NCBI GenBank assembly: GCA_041746255.1 | Contig: JBGTHM010000008.1 | Location: 1 to 41,887, forward strand | Direction: 5' to 3' | Origin: Fibrobacteria bacterium | GTDB lineage: Bacteria > Fibrobacterota > Fibrobacteria > UBA11236 | DNA: 41,887 nucleotides | Shown: positions 29,701 to 39,736 of the stretch, in pieces | How positions within the stretch are numbered: the first letter of the stretch is position 1 | How the letters are laid out: every line of letters starts with the position of its first letter | Translations under genes and position numbers: made by a program | Notes under the pieces: model-generated | The model's input: the letters and a program-made list of their open reading frames with translations, nothing else | Told to the model about the DNA's origin: nothing | The model's database searches: none

Positions 29701-29953
29701 TTGGCCCTTGCCCATCAGCATCCGTTATTTGATGGGGAGTCTTTTCGTGGACTATGGAGGGGCCTGGGAGGCGTCGAGTTGGGATCCTGGATTCAATGCG
29801 GCCTTGGATACTATGGGTTTGGGATATGGGTATGGAACGCAATTGAATCTCGGATATTTCGTTTTACGATATGCCTGGGCCCGGAACTGGGAGGGGATCG
29901 GAATCGGAGACGGAGAATCGCGCCACTATTGGACCTTGGGGGCGGTGTGGTAA
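26720..29953 (+). CDS. Zinc metallopeptidase (MA clan) + PD40/TolB-like beta-propeller + Omp85 barrel fusion
   Basis: GGAGG RBS; signal peptide then FGKNKIQ; HELVH...WFAEG gluzincin motif; repeated SPDG/WSPDG blades; C-terminal PIRGFRY...NLEFRFP...FVDYGGAW barrel ending in W. Confidence 0.85.
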   Translation: MRIIPFYFLRWIFLGVLASLPSLLSFGKNKIQTHHKNWQYIQTENFNIYFDQEGGIPAEFAAERIQGYYDSLSKALNHRLTGRVPVVLYSTASDFRNTNIIPLILPEGVAGFTEIFRNRVVLPFDGGYPDFEHTLTHELVHAFQFDMFGVSERGLAVLMGGTPLWFAEGSAEVLALGWDLDSDRYMLDATAYGYVNNPAHAMGLPGFMAYKGGQSFFYFLQESFGREVIPKLYRGVMMTGNLGRSVQGVTGVELKELGDIWLRQLRTLYWPELEKRQDGKWVGRQLTNHQEDASSFNLQPALSPDGTQIAFFSDRDVHTSVHLMDVKTGEVRRTLLTAGRERGHLTFNPRQSHISWSPDGQQLAMVSEAVGADVINILRARDGRVLETIRIPEIRSISSPSWSPDGSRLVFSGTREGRGDIYTWHRGESRLTRLTEDSALDDNPVYSPSGEWIYFESNRQASGRPQGETNRFGGMRTISSFRDIYRIPAGGGAAQLMVGGSYDERMPRFGPTDSLLTFVSNRSGVSNLYIVDLSLPGAEPRPLTNLLSESISPSWTPDGKLLAFSLFQNRGYDIFLIENPLEKLLDGPLPKTVFMQVLEDPDRRLFEPLPPLSNLNTYKRDRIIDSISIMDSNGNVRGGLAPGPGNRLQWHTLQVETGAWIPASEAAVASAEEQAGGQDRIPTEGGTMETNPELTYRPPDYEINKYSLDWGLEAARADVGYSTFSQGLAGGAVLTIADLMGNHRINFNLASAGYDFRATDAIMIYEYLPQRTDYRLYGFHQGNFLLGAGNRLVFDRYYGGGLAVDYPLSIFTRLEGGLETVFLSRGFWEDLVENRPTYPTQEVNLFRPYVGWVNDNTLFSIVGPAVGRRMRVGATYVPPVFQDDYSYVQSTGDFRSYWLFGRRFTLAGRLFAGASEAIQNYENPHFFLAGGEDLIPIVAPPVSSENNPTGLEESVFFQFALPIRGFRYFDFRGNRAFISNLEFRFPFVEELRLGWPLPISIRYLMGSLFVDYGGAWEASSWDPGFNAALDTMGLGYGYGTQLNLGYFVLRYAWARNWEGIGIGDGESRHYWTLGAVW

Positions 29954-30093
29954 AACCACGATGGGAAAAATTTTCTGGTAAAGAAAAAATCGAATCGTAG
30001 GAAAAAGTGGGCGAACTAAAAAAAGATTGACTTGTGACCCCGGGAATTGATTTTTACAAGTGAATAAATCGGCTTACATCCAAGGAGGATAAA

Positions 30094-30603
30094 ATGGGTG
30101 CGAATAATGCGGCGGTACCCGCCGGAGGAGGCAGAAGTAAGGGCGGTTCACCCGCTTGGTATTGGATTTTGGGGCTCCTTGCAGCTCTATTGATAATATG
30201 GGCTTTGTGGGCCGCATTCCGTCAACCGGCAGGCCCGCAAGTAGGCGTCACGCTTCAGGATATACAGGGTAATCCCCAAGCTTATATCGGTCAGACCGTG
30301 ACGGTGAGCGGCGAAATCCAGGAAGCCATAGGGCCGAATGCCTTTGTTTTTGATCGTGGAGACATTATCGTTGTGGGCGCCCGAGAATTGGCCCAAATTA
30401 CCGGAACATCCTCTGAGGATTTTTTTTCCGGGGATCCCGTGGTTCAGGTTACAGGGTCAGTGACGACTTTCATCGCGGCCGAGATGGAGCGGCAACTCGG
30501 ATACCCATTGGACGCGATGCTCAATCAATACGAGGGAAGGCCGGCCATCATCGCCCAGGAAGTCTTGCTGTTGGAACCTGGAACCCTTGAGCCCGCTTCG
30601 TAA
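30094..30603 (+). CDS. Hypothetical single-pass membrane protein with OB-fold-like periplasmic domain
   Basis: AAGGAGG RBS; TM helix WYWILGLLAALLIIWALW; motif DIQGNPQAYIGQTVTVSGEI. Confidence 0.72.
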   Translation: MGANNAAVPAGGGRSKGGSPAWYWILGLLAALLIIWALWAAFRQPAGPQVGVTLQDIQGNPQAYIGQTVTVSGEIQEAIGPNAFVFDRGDIIVVGARELAQITGTSSEDFFSGDPVVQVTGSVTTFIAAEMERQLGYPLDAMLNQYEGRPAIIAQEVLLLEPGTLEPAS

Positions 30604-30626
30604 GGCTTTCCAAGGCGCCAAGTGAG

Positions 30627-30656
30627 GGAGGTTCCTGTTTCAGGGCCTCCTTTTTT
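30627..30656 (+). terminator. Rho-independent terminator
   Basis: GGAGGTTCCTG-TTT-CAGGGCCTCC stem (one bulge) followed by TTTTTT, just after the stop at 30603. Confidence 0.65.
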
Positions 30657-30774
30657 ATTTGCTTCAGCCTGGACGGGTACCCTGAGTGCGGAATCGTTTT
30701 TCTTTGGTCGCCAGGGAGTTTATTTATGAATATGCGATAGCATAACGGATGTAATAAATAAAAAGGAGTGAATT

Positions 30775-31524
30775 ATGGCCAATGAGAGAATTACGATGGA
30801 AATCGAAAGTTTACAGCGCTTGTCGAATTATGATGTTCTCGACAAACACGGGAAAAAAATAGGCCGCGTTGAGGCTTTGTGGGAGGATTTCACCCGCCAG
30901 GCGGCCTTCATCGGCGTAAAAACCGGATGGTTGGGAATCGGGAAGGCGAATGTCATTCCAACCCAATCGGCCAGCGTGAACCATGGAAAGCAGCAAATCA
31001 TGCTTCCCTATGAAGAGGATGTCGTTAAAGACGCGCCATCCTTCTATGCCGAAGACGAAATCGATCGTCCTTCGGAAGATAGGATATACGATTACTACGC
31101 CTTACATGGGTTGCATCTTGAACCGGATTACCGGGAACGCACGCCCGAATACATGGAAAAGTATGGGAGCGAAGAAAAGACCATACCGCTGGGAGAAGAG
31201 CGTCTTAACGTAAGTAAGCGCGAAATAGATAGCGGTGGCGTGCGATTGCGAAAGGTTGTGCGAACTGAAATCGTCAACCAGCCGGTGGAGCTTAAAAAGG
31301 AAGATATCGTGGTCGAACGGACCAAGGCCGGAGACCAAAGCCAATCGCCGGATTTTCGTGAGGAGGAGATCTTTATTCCTCTCCGCAGGGAAGAAGCGGT
31401 CTTGGAAAAGGAATCCCATATCGTTGAAAACGTGAAGGTGAAAAAACAATCCAATGTGGAGAAAGAAAATATTACCGATACCGTTCGTCACGAGGACATT
31501 GAACAGCGTCGGGAGGAACAGTGA
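30775..31524 (+). CDS. PRC-barrel + DUF2382 (YsnF/AvaK-like) stress protein
   Basis: PRC motifs YDVLDKHGKKIGRV...GVKTGWLG...VKDAP; DUF2382 motifs IPLGEERLNVSKR...GGVRLRKVVRTE...VRHEDIE. Confidence 0.9.
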   Translation: MANERITMEIESLQRLSNYDVLDKHGKKIGRVEALWEDFTRQAAFIGVKTGWLGIGKANVIPTQSASVNHGKQQIMLPYEEDVVKDAPSFYAEDEIDRPSEDRIYDYYALHGLHLEPDYRERTPEYMEKYGSEEKTIPLGEERLNVSKREIDSGGVRLRKVVRTEIVNQPVELKKEDIVVERTKAGDQSQSPDFREEEIFIPLRREEAVLEKESHIVENVKVKKQSNVEKENITDTVRHEDIEQRREEQ

Positions 31525-31680
31525 AAGGCCTCAAAGCCTCCATTGAAAAAGATTGGTTGTTTCGGGGGAAAAGTTGTTTTTAAGGAGGGATGTGCGGCTT
31601 CGGAAGAAACGCGCCTTCGTCAAGATTCGCCGCTGGAAGAACCGGCGGGATCGAAAAACGAAAAAATAAAGGAGGAAACC

Positions 31681-32325
31681 ATGAATTATCTAAGCAAGGG
31701 TTGCCTGGGTGGATTGGTATTTGCAATGGTTTTGGCGATGAATGTTCATTCCCAACAATTCCGGCAGCCGGGTACGCTCGGAATCGGAGCGCTGGGAGGT
31801 GTGAATCTCGGAGGCGCCGTTGCCCAAGAGAATATTTCGACGGAAATTCGCGCACTTCCGATGTTTGGGGGCATCGCGGAATTCGGAGTGAATCGCCCCT
31901 TGAGTCTGGCTGTCGAGCCCATGTATGCGGTCGAAGGCGCTAACTTTACCATCGGTGATTTCGAAGGCACCGGTGAATTCGGGTATTTGCAGGTTCCGGT
32001 TCTCATCCGAGGTAACCTTCAGGTAACCCAAGCCAGCAGAGTTTTCGCTTTTGCCGGTCCGAACCTCGCGTTCAACTTGAATGCGACCGGAGACCTGCCC
32101 AACGGGGCGGAATTCACGCGCGAAGAGGTGCGTCCATTCAGCCTGTTGGGCGATTTCGGCCTGGGAGGAAGCTGGGGAATTACGCGAGGATGGCACCTAT
32201 TGGGCAATCTCCGGTATACCTACGGTTTCATGGACATTCTTGAGGATATCGCTCCAACGATAGACAGTTGGGAGCCTCGCGGGATAAAGGCTGGAGTGGG
32301 TGTCATGTATCATCTGCCTGGATGA
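31681..32325 (+). CDS. Outer membrane beta-barrel protein (OmpA-like/PorT family)
   Basis: AAGGAGG RBS before ATG 31681; signal peptide; GALGGVNL, YLQVPVL, FAGPNL, LRYTYGF, AGVGVMY strands. Confidence 0.82.
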   Translation: MNYLSKGCLGGLVFAMVLAMNVHSQQFRQPGTLGIGALGGVNLGGAVAQENISTEIRALPMFGGIAEFGVNRPLSLAVEPMYAVEGANFTIGDFEGTGEFGYLQVPVLIRGNLQVTQASRVFAFAGPNLAFNLNATGDLPNGAEFTREEVRPFSLLGDFGLGGSWGITRGWHLLGNLRYTYGFMDILEDIAPTIDSWEPRGIKAGVGVMYHLPG

Positions 32326-32327
32326 TT

Positions 32328-34232
32328 TTAAAAGGCATTCGCCAAGTCGATGACCCAGGCAAAGGGCGCGACGCGGGTGCCTCCCCATCCCCAGGCGAAG
32401 TCCAGCCGCAGAGTAGTATTGCGGGCAACGGGATAGCGGAAGCCGAAACCGAATGCGGCTCCCGCTCCCGGCCCGCTCAATAAAAAATCCTGTTGTAAGT
32501 CCCAGACGTTGCCGTAATCCGTGAAGAGGACCGTGCTTAAGGGTCGCAAATAGGGGCGAATTCCGAATTCTGCAATCTCTCCGAAAGCGAACGGCCACAA
32601 CCTTAATTCGATGCTGCCTAAATAATACGCCGGAACCACATCGGTTTCTTCGCAAACCGCAAAGGTTTGGCCGTTGAATTGGACGGTGCGGGTTCGCGGG
32701 CAAAGCTCGCGAAAGCGGAAGCTGCGCACGGAGCGGGCGCCACCGAGAAAAAATCGGGCCGTGTTGATTCCCCCCTCCGACAAAAAAAATCCACCATCGA
32801 TGCGTGCGGCCCCTATCAATTGCTCAAACAGGGGGTAGAAGTACGCGCTTTGGGCTTCCAGCCAGTTATGCCTCGCTTCCGTAAGGGTGATTTGATCCTG
32901 GAGCACCAAGGGCCCGCCATTGCCCCATAGCAGCGTAAAGCGCGAGCCGCGCGTGGGATCGAGGGCGCGGTCCAACAAGGAAAATTCAAAGGCATTCAGC
33001 AGGTTCAGGTAAAGACCTCTTCTACGCTCCTCCGGAGTCACAAGGCGGCTGCGGGCAAATAGTTCCAAGCTCCCGAACCAGCGATATCGGTCGTGGATGG
33101 GAAGTGTGACTTGCGAACGGTTTTGAAACTGAAAATCACCTTCAAACAAAGGCGTTTCCAGAACCTGGTGAATTTCATCGTCTTGATGCCAATCGAGTTC
33201 AATGCGGTTTTCAAAAAAAACCAAATAGCCCAGCGTCAGGGCCGAAGTGTAGAGGGCAAAAAGACTTTGCCGTTGCTGGGCGGTCAGGGCGCCGATGCCG
33301 GCTTGATTGAGCGTACCGAAAATATTGGCATGGCGCAGATCCACCGACCCGCCGAATCCGAAGCGGGCATCGAAAAAGACGGATGATCGAAGACGTGTGG
33401 GATCCGCTTCGCGCGCGACCAATACCAGTGCGGTTTCGCCCTGCATGGTATCGTTTGGGATGCGTGGGGAGGGAAGGATATCCACATCCAGGGAATCGAA
33501 TACTCCGGTGGCTCGCAGCATTCTCAACACGCGCTGGTTCTTCAAGAGGGTTATGGTATCACCCTGGGCATAGGGAATCAGGGAGCGTAATCGATTCCCG
33601 CGGGTGAGTCCCTTAACCTCATCCGGAGGATCGCCCTGGAAATTACGGATGATGAGGGTATCGAATAAACTGGCAGCTCCCCGCTCAATTCCGTAAGTGA
33701 CGGTTACGCTATTGTCCTCGGGATGGATATCCAGGCTTTCGCCTACCTGGGTATTGAGAAATCCGACCTCAGCGTATTGAGAAAGAATAAAACGTCTGTC
33801 CCGCAAAACGAAATCATAATCGAAAAGATTACCGGACTGGGCCTGAAGATTTTCCTCCCCCACCAGTAATTCCGCTTCATCCACGGGAAGCACCTCTACG
33901 CTTCTGATGGAAAAACGTGAGCCTTCGTCCACAAGCACCAATGCGATCAGGCCTTCTTCCAGAGGTCTTCGTTCGATGCGCACGTCTATGATGGCGTTGA
34001 GAAATCCCCGCAAGGTGTAATATTCCCGGAGGGTATTTCGAGCCTCCTCTTCCCAAGACCGCAAAATATACGCCGCATAGGCGCTTGGAGCAGTCGGCAG
34101 AATATTCCGTATTTGGGTATTGCTTATTTCCTCATTTCCAAGAATGGATATTCGGAACTGGGCGCAAACATTTCCGGCCCCTAAGGCAACCAGAAACCAG
34201 AAAACGGCGCACCTTCCAGTGCATCGTTTCAC
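32328..34232 (-). CDS. BamA/TamA family (Omp85) outer membrane protein, paralog of 19270-21282
   Basis: ILGNEEI, YYTLRGF, VDEGSRF POTRA-like motifs; RFFLGGARSVRSF, FTDYGNVWD, LRLDFAWG; C-terminal F; GTGA overlap with the M48 stop. Confidence 0.86.
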   Translation of the reverse strand: MKRCTGRCAVFWFLVALGAGNVCAQFRISILGNEEISNTQIRNILPTAPSAYAAYILRSWEEEARNTLREYYTLRGFLNAIIDVRIERRPLEEGLIALVLVDEGSRFSIRSVEVLPVDEAELLVGEENLQAQSGNLFDYDFVLRDRRFILSQYAEVGFLNTQVGESLDIHPEDNSVTVTYGIERGAASLFDTLIIRNFQGDPPDEVKGLTRGNRLRSLIPYAQGDTITLLKNQRVLRMLRATGVFDSLDVDILPSPRIPNDTMQGETALVLVAREADPTRLRSSVFFDARFGFGGSVDLRHANIFGTLNQAGIGALTAQQRQSLFALYTSALTLGYLVFFENRIELDWHQDDEIHQVLETPLFEGDFQFQNRSQVTLPIHDRYRWFGSLELFARSRLVTPEERRRGLYLNLLNAFEFSLLDRALDPTRGSRFTLLWGNGGPLVLQDQITLTEARHNWLEAQSAYFYPLFEQLIGAARIDGGFFLSEGGINTARFFLGGARSVRSFRFRELCPRTRTVQFNGQTFAVCEETDVVPAYYLGSIELRLWPFAFGEIAEFGIRPYLRPLSTVLFTDYGNVWDLQQDFLLSGPGAGAAFGFGFRYPVARNTTLRLDFAWGWGGTRVAPFAWVIDLANAF

Positions 34233-35068
34233 CAGGGGGTCCGGGATTGGAACCGCTCCCGATAATTAGTACGAGCGCTGTCGGCAGCGACCTGTTTTAA
34301 TTCCGGACGACTTTCCACCACTCTCGTCACATGTTCGACACGATTCGCGGGTCCGGGGTGGGTGGTTAAAAACTCGGGAATACCGGGGCCCCTTTGCCGT
34401 TGGAAATAAGTCGCTATCCCCATGGGATTTCGATCGGCGCGACCGGAATAGCGGGCCCCAAAAGCATCCGCTTCCGCCTCATTGCTTCGCGAAAATCGTA
34501 GACCTACCAATTGGTGAAAGGTGCCGGCCGCCATCTGGGCGACTTGGCCGGCTTCGGTTCCCGTCAACACCAATTGTAAGGCTGAAGCCAAGGCCACGTT
34601 CCGGGCCAAGGCCTCTCGATAGTGATGCCCGGTGATATGGGCGATTTCATGCGCCAAGACACCGGCTAATTCCGCCTCGTTTTGAAACGTACGTATGATT
34701 CCCGTGGTGATATAAACATATCCTCCGGGAACCGCGAAGGCATTGGCCTCCTCAGAACTAAGTAGTGTGAAGGTGAAAGGATATCCCGGTCTGTCCCCTT
34801 GAGGAACCGCCGCGAGCACTTCCCTGAAAACCCCTTCCACATAATTCTGGAATTCGCGTTCTGCCGCCGTTGCCGGCGCGTATACCGGGTACTGTTGTCG
34901 GGCGGTGTCATTGGTCAATAGATGCCTGTGGAAGCTTTCGCCGAGACGACGTTCTTCCTCTTCCGATACCAATATCCGGCCCGCGCCTTCGAAAAAACCG
35001 GCGCATCCTACTAATAAAAACAGGGCGCCTGATAGCAGGGTGGATTTCGACGCGAGTAAATTGCGCAT
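34229..35068 (-). CDS. M48 family zinc metalloprotease lipoprotein (BepA/LoiP-like)
   Basis: AGGAG RBS before ATG 35068; lipobox LLVG-C; NAFAVPGG, ELAGVLAHEIAH, FSRSNEAEAD, FLTTHPG. Confidence 0.92.
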   Translation of the reverse strand: MRNLLASKSTLLSGALFLLVGCAGFFEGAGRILVSEEEERRLGESFHRHLLTNDTARQQYPVYAPATAAEREFQNYVEGVFREVLAAVPQGDRPGYPFTFTLLSSEEANAFAVPGGYVYITTGIIRTFQNEAELAGVLAHEIAHITGHHYREALARNVALASALQLVLTGTEAGQVAQMAAGTFHQLVGLRFSRSNEAEADAFGARYSGRADRNPMGIATYFQRQRGPGIPEFLTTHPGPANRVEHVTRVVESRPELKQVAADSARTNYRERFQSRTPW

Positions 35069-35122
35069 TCTGGTTCTCCTGTTTACTTCTAAACTCACTT
35101 CATGGTTATTGAGTGCTCGGCG

Positions 35123-36322
<1,200 letters not shown>

Positions 36323-36460
36323 ATGATGATTCCCGTGTAGGTTCTGCTTGGCGCGGCGCCATAAAGTGAAACTACGCTTTGCCGATTGCTAGAGCAATAA
36401 AAAACACGCAAGGAATTGCGAAGCGATCATCGCAACTCGGCTTCACCTTTGGCGGGTGTA

Positions 36461-37807
36461 TCAGGACGTGGCCCGTAAGGCTTCAATGACCTTCTCGACT
36501 TCTTGGTGGGAATTTTGAATGCTGGGCGTGAGTCTGGCGTAAGGTATGGCATAAGGTGTGGTAGTAGCGACAATTTTTCTTTTCTCCAGAAAACCGACTA
36601 TCGAATTCGGTGAATGTCCGTCCATTGCGAAACAAACGATTCCGGCTGAAAGCTCTTTATCCATAGGAGTAATCAGATTTACCGAATCCAGATTTGCCAA
36701 CCCTTCTTTCAAGTGCATGCTGAGGTCGTGAGTGCGGCCGGCTATTTGCGATTTCCCGATTTTCTGGTGAAAGGCAAAAGTTTCGGGTAGAGCCCATTGA
36801 TGCTCAAAAGTCTTAAAGCCTCCCGGCGTCATGCGTGCCGCAGAATTGGGGCCTTCGGGGGCGTCTCCTCTAATCCACGCGGACCAGCTTTCCGAGTCGA
36901 TGAAGCTGGGAATAGTCGGTTTGACGCGTGCCCAAGCTTCCTTTCGTCCCCAAATGATTCCGGTTCCCCTCGGACCAAATAGCCATTTATGGCAACCCGA
37001 AATGAAAAAATCGCAACCTAAATCAGAAGCCGTGTCCGCTTCAACTCCGAATCCATGCACTCCGTCGACACAAAGAAGAATTCGATCCCGTTCGTCCCTA
37101 TTCCGGTTGGCTTCGGATACCGCCAGAGACAAAGCCGAAATGGGAAGTTTAATGCCAGTGCCCGAATGCACCCAGGTCAGCGCTACGGCCCGCGTAGACG
37201 GTTTCAATGCATTTTTGAAACGCTCGACGATTTCATCCTTGGAGGCCGTTGCCACGTTGTCATAGAGCGAAACGCGGGAAATCGTTGCCCGCGTTCTTAA
37301 GGCGGAAAGCCGCAGAGATTCGTGCGTGACATAATAATCATGTTCCGTGGTTAAAATCTCATGGCCTTCGGAAAGGTCCAGCCCGGAATAAATCAGAGCC
37401 AACCCCATGGTGGTGCTGTCGGTTAGGGCAATGCCGTCCCAATCCGCACCCAGATATTCAGCAGCCGCTTCGCGCGCCGCCCGCTGTCTTTGCCGGTTTT
37501 CCCGTTCCAGAAAATTTGCTGGACGGTGATTTAGTTCACGACGATACCGGGCGATGGCATCACGCACCGGTGCCGGGTGGGAGGAAATCAGCAAAGCACT
37601 CATGTGAATTAGGTCCGGAACCAATTTGAATTGGGCCCGAATCGCCTCCCATCGGCTTTCCTCAGGGTCTGAGCCTATAGGTTCCGTCGGTCCCGAGGGC
37701 CTAGTGGCCATAATGGGGAAAGGATTCGCCCCATTTGATTTTGAGAAGGTACTACCAGCGAATAACGCCGCTCCTTGCATTAAAAAATCCCTGCGCGAGA
37801 GTCCCAT
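36461..37807 (-). CDS. Tat-exported class V PLP-dependent enzyme (PvdN-like)
   Basis: SRRDFL twin-arginine signal; STTMGL, TWVHSGTG, VDGVHGFG, GCHKWLFGPRGTG (PLP Lys), TPGGFKTFEHQWAL. Confidence 0.85.
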   Translation of the reverse strand: MGLSRRDFLMQGAALFAGSTFSKSNGANPFPIMATRPSGPTEPIGSDPEESRWEAIRAQFKLVPDLIHMSALLISSHPAPVRDAIARYRRELNHRPANFLERENRQRQRAAREAAAEYLGADWDGIALTDSTTMGLALIYSGLDLSEGHEILTTEHDYYVTHESLRLSALRTRATISRVSLYDNVATASKDEIVERFKNALKPSTRAVALTWVHSGTGIKLPISALSLAVSEANRNRDERDRILLCVDGVHGFGVEADTASDLGCDFFISGCHKWLFGPRGTGIIWGRKEAWARVKPTIPSFIDSESWSAWIRGDAPEGPNSAARMTPGGFKTFEHQWALPETFAFHQKIGKSQIAGRTHDLSMHLKEGLANLDSVNLITPMDKELSAGIVCFAMDGHSPNSIVGFLEKRKIVATTTPYAIPYARLTPSIQNSHQEVEKVIEALRATS

Positions 37808-38252
37808 TTCCAATTCTTTCGGGAAGGGTTGTGCCAAATAGGCCTATTGCACAATGCGCCACGCATGGTGCAGGAGTAGGTAAAATTGCCTTTCGCGGGT
37901 GATCATGCAATCTTTTAAAATCCTGGCACGGCCCTTAAAACCGGCCTGTTTTCTTTTTTCGCAGACTAAATTGCGGGATGATACCCTCTAAATTGGCATG
38001 CTAAAATCATGTTTTGACGATATAATAGACAGATATAGGGATCGAGCTTTGCTGATAAATTGAACGGTTCGCCGAATTGGGCAAGGCTACCCAAGCGATA
38101 CGCTTCGGTCAAATTAGGAGGCTTTGGGGGAAGTCCATTCTCACCTTTTTGAGGTAAATTAAAAGGACTAAAGGCCATTTTTCGTAGGGATTAATATTAA
38201 ATTTTACCCCTGGAAAATTAGACCACCCCAACTAGATGATTAAGGTGAGAGA

Positions 38253-39710
38253 ATGAAAAAATTCAGTTATCCTATTTTGGCTATTTCAGTCTTGGTGTTT
38301 TTCAACCCAGCAACCGCTGTTAGTTCCGAAATTGAAATTCACCCCGCCCATTTTGGGGCTTTTACGTCTTTTGGCATGTTTGATGGAGACACCGTAGAGT
38401 CTGAAGGGAACTTCGGTGCTTTGGAAAATCAGCCATTTACCCGGCTAGGAGCTTGGATTTCTGTAGGAGCTACTGTCGACGAAAGATTAGATGTCTCCCT
38501 TTTATTGGCGTTAATGAAGTGGAATTCCCTTCCTGTGACGCGTGGGTCGGCCTTTACTCGCAACCAGCTTTTGTCACCCGGCATGGGTCATGCCATTATG
38601 TCCTATAAATTCGGCGAGGTCGAGGCGCCATACTTAACGCTTAAAATTGGGGATATGCCATACTCCTACTCTCCCGCCAAAAATTTGGGTGGCCACCTCT
38701 ATTCAGCCGGCACCTATCCCGGGTATCTTTGGAGTAACTTTTGGACCCTAATCAATGGGGCGAGCTATAACGGTCAAGGCATCATGGCTAACATGTCGTT
38801 TTTCGAAAATTCACTTAAGGTGGATTTGACCGCCTTTTTGGAGCATGGGATTGAGCCGCATTTTGATATTTCTCCTGGCGTTGTAGCGTCTTATAAAGTG
38901 GGCAACTTTCTGGAAATTGGAGGGGGAGCGGTTTTCGCGCATTTGATTTCAGTCAATGAAGATATCACTACACCTAAATCGCGTTTAAATGCATACACCG
39001 CTAACGGGCCACTAAGCAGGCCTGATCAGGCTAGCCCGGGGTTAGAATTAAATGATTCCTTAATTGTTTCGGAAAGCGATCCAAGGTTGGGTCAATCGCT
39101 GGACTCCGATCACCCAAGATTTTCTGAATTAGCTGGACGAGGGCTTATCCCCAAATATTACTCCGCAGCGGAGAACGGTACACCAAACTCCCAGCTTCAG
39201 TATTATACCTATAGAGGTACCAAGGTTATGGGCCGATTATCTCTTACCCCTTTCGAGGCTTTCGGAGAAGGGTTGGAGCGGATGGCGATATATGGGGAAG
39301 TCACTTTATTGGGTGTAAATGATTATCCATTTTACTATGAAAAAAAATCCGAACGCTTGCCGATAATGGCAGGTATGAATGTCCCCTTACCCGGTTTTGA
39401 GCTGAACCTTGAAGTCGAGCATTACAAAAACAAGTTCAGAAATCACATTAAGAGCACATACGAATACGAACGCCCAATTTGGGAGGAAACCCCAGAAACT
39501 TTTATACAAGATGCCGCTTCCCATGACAACGGGACGATTTTTTGGAGTATTTCTGCGAAAAAAACCGTTTTGGACAGGTTGGCATTTAATTTGAAGTTCG
39601 CCCGTGATTATATCAGAACCTACAATTTCTTTGGTAACCCCACTTTCGAATCGGCTAATAAGAGCCAGGGTAGCTATTACTGGGTTTTGCAGACAGAGCT
39701 GAATATTTAA
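38253..39710 (+). CDS. Hypothetical exported protein, probable outer membrane beta-barrel
   Basis: Signal peptide, alternating aromatic beta strands, C-terminal YYWVLQTELNI. Confidence 0.65.
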   Translation: MKKFSYPILAISVLVFFNPATAVSSEIEIHPAHFGAFTSFGMFDGDTVESEGNFGALENQPFTRLGAWISVGATVDERLDVSLLLALMKWNSLPVTRGSAFTRNQLLSPGMGHAIMSYKFGEVEAPYLTLKIGDMPYSYSPAKNLGGHLYSAGTYPGYLWSNFWTLINGASYNGQGIMANMSFFENSLKVDLTAFLEHGIEPHFDISPGVVASYKVGNFLEIGGGAVFAHLISVNEDITTPKSRLNAYTANGPLSRPDQASPGLELNDSLIVSESDPRLGQSLDSDHPRFSELAGRGLIPKYYSAAENGTPNSQLQYYTYRGTKVMGRLSLTPFEAFGEGLERMAIYGEVTLLGVNDYPFYYEKKSERLPIMAGMNVPLPGFELNLEVEHYKNKFRNHIKSTYEYERPIWEETPETFIQDAASHDNGTIFWSISAKKTVLDRLAFNLKFARDYIRTYNFFGNPTFESANKSQGSYYWVLQTELNI

Positions 39711-39736
39711 AGTGGTCATAAAGGGGAGGCATAACT

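Noticed and set aside
36461..37807. Cysteine desulfurase or pyoverdine gene cluster
   Set aside because: Tat signal, no catalytic Cys loop, and no suf/isc or NRPS genes in the window.
37822..37938. Divergent sigma-54 promoters (TGGCACAACCCTTCC on minus, TGGCACGGCCCTTAA on plus)
   Set aside because: Good -24 boxes, but neither has GC at -12; the minus-strand one would leave almost no leader before ATG 37807.
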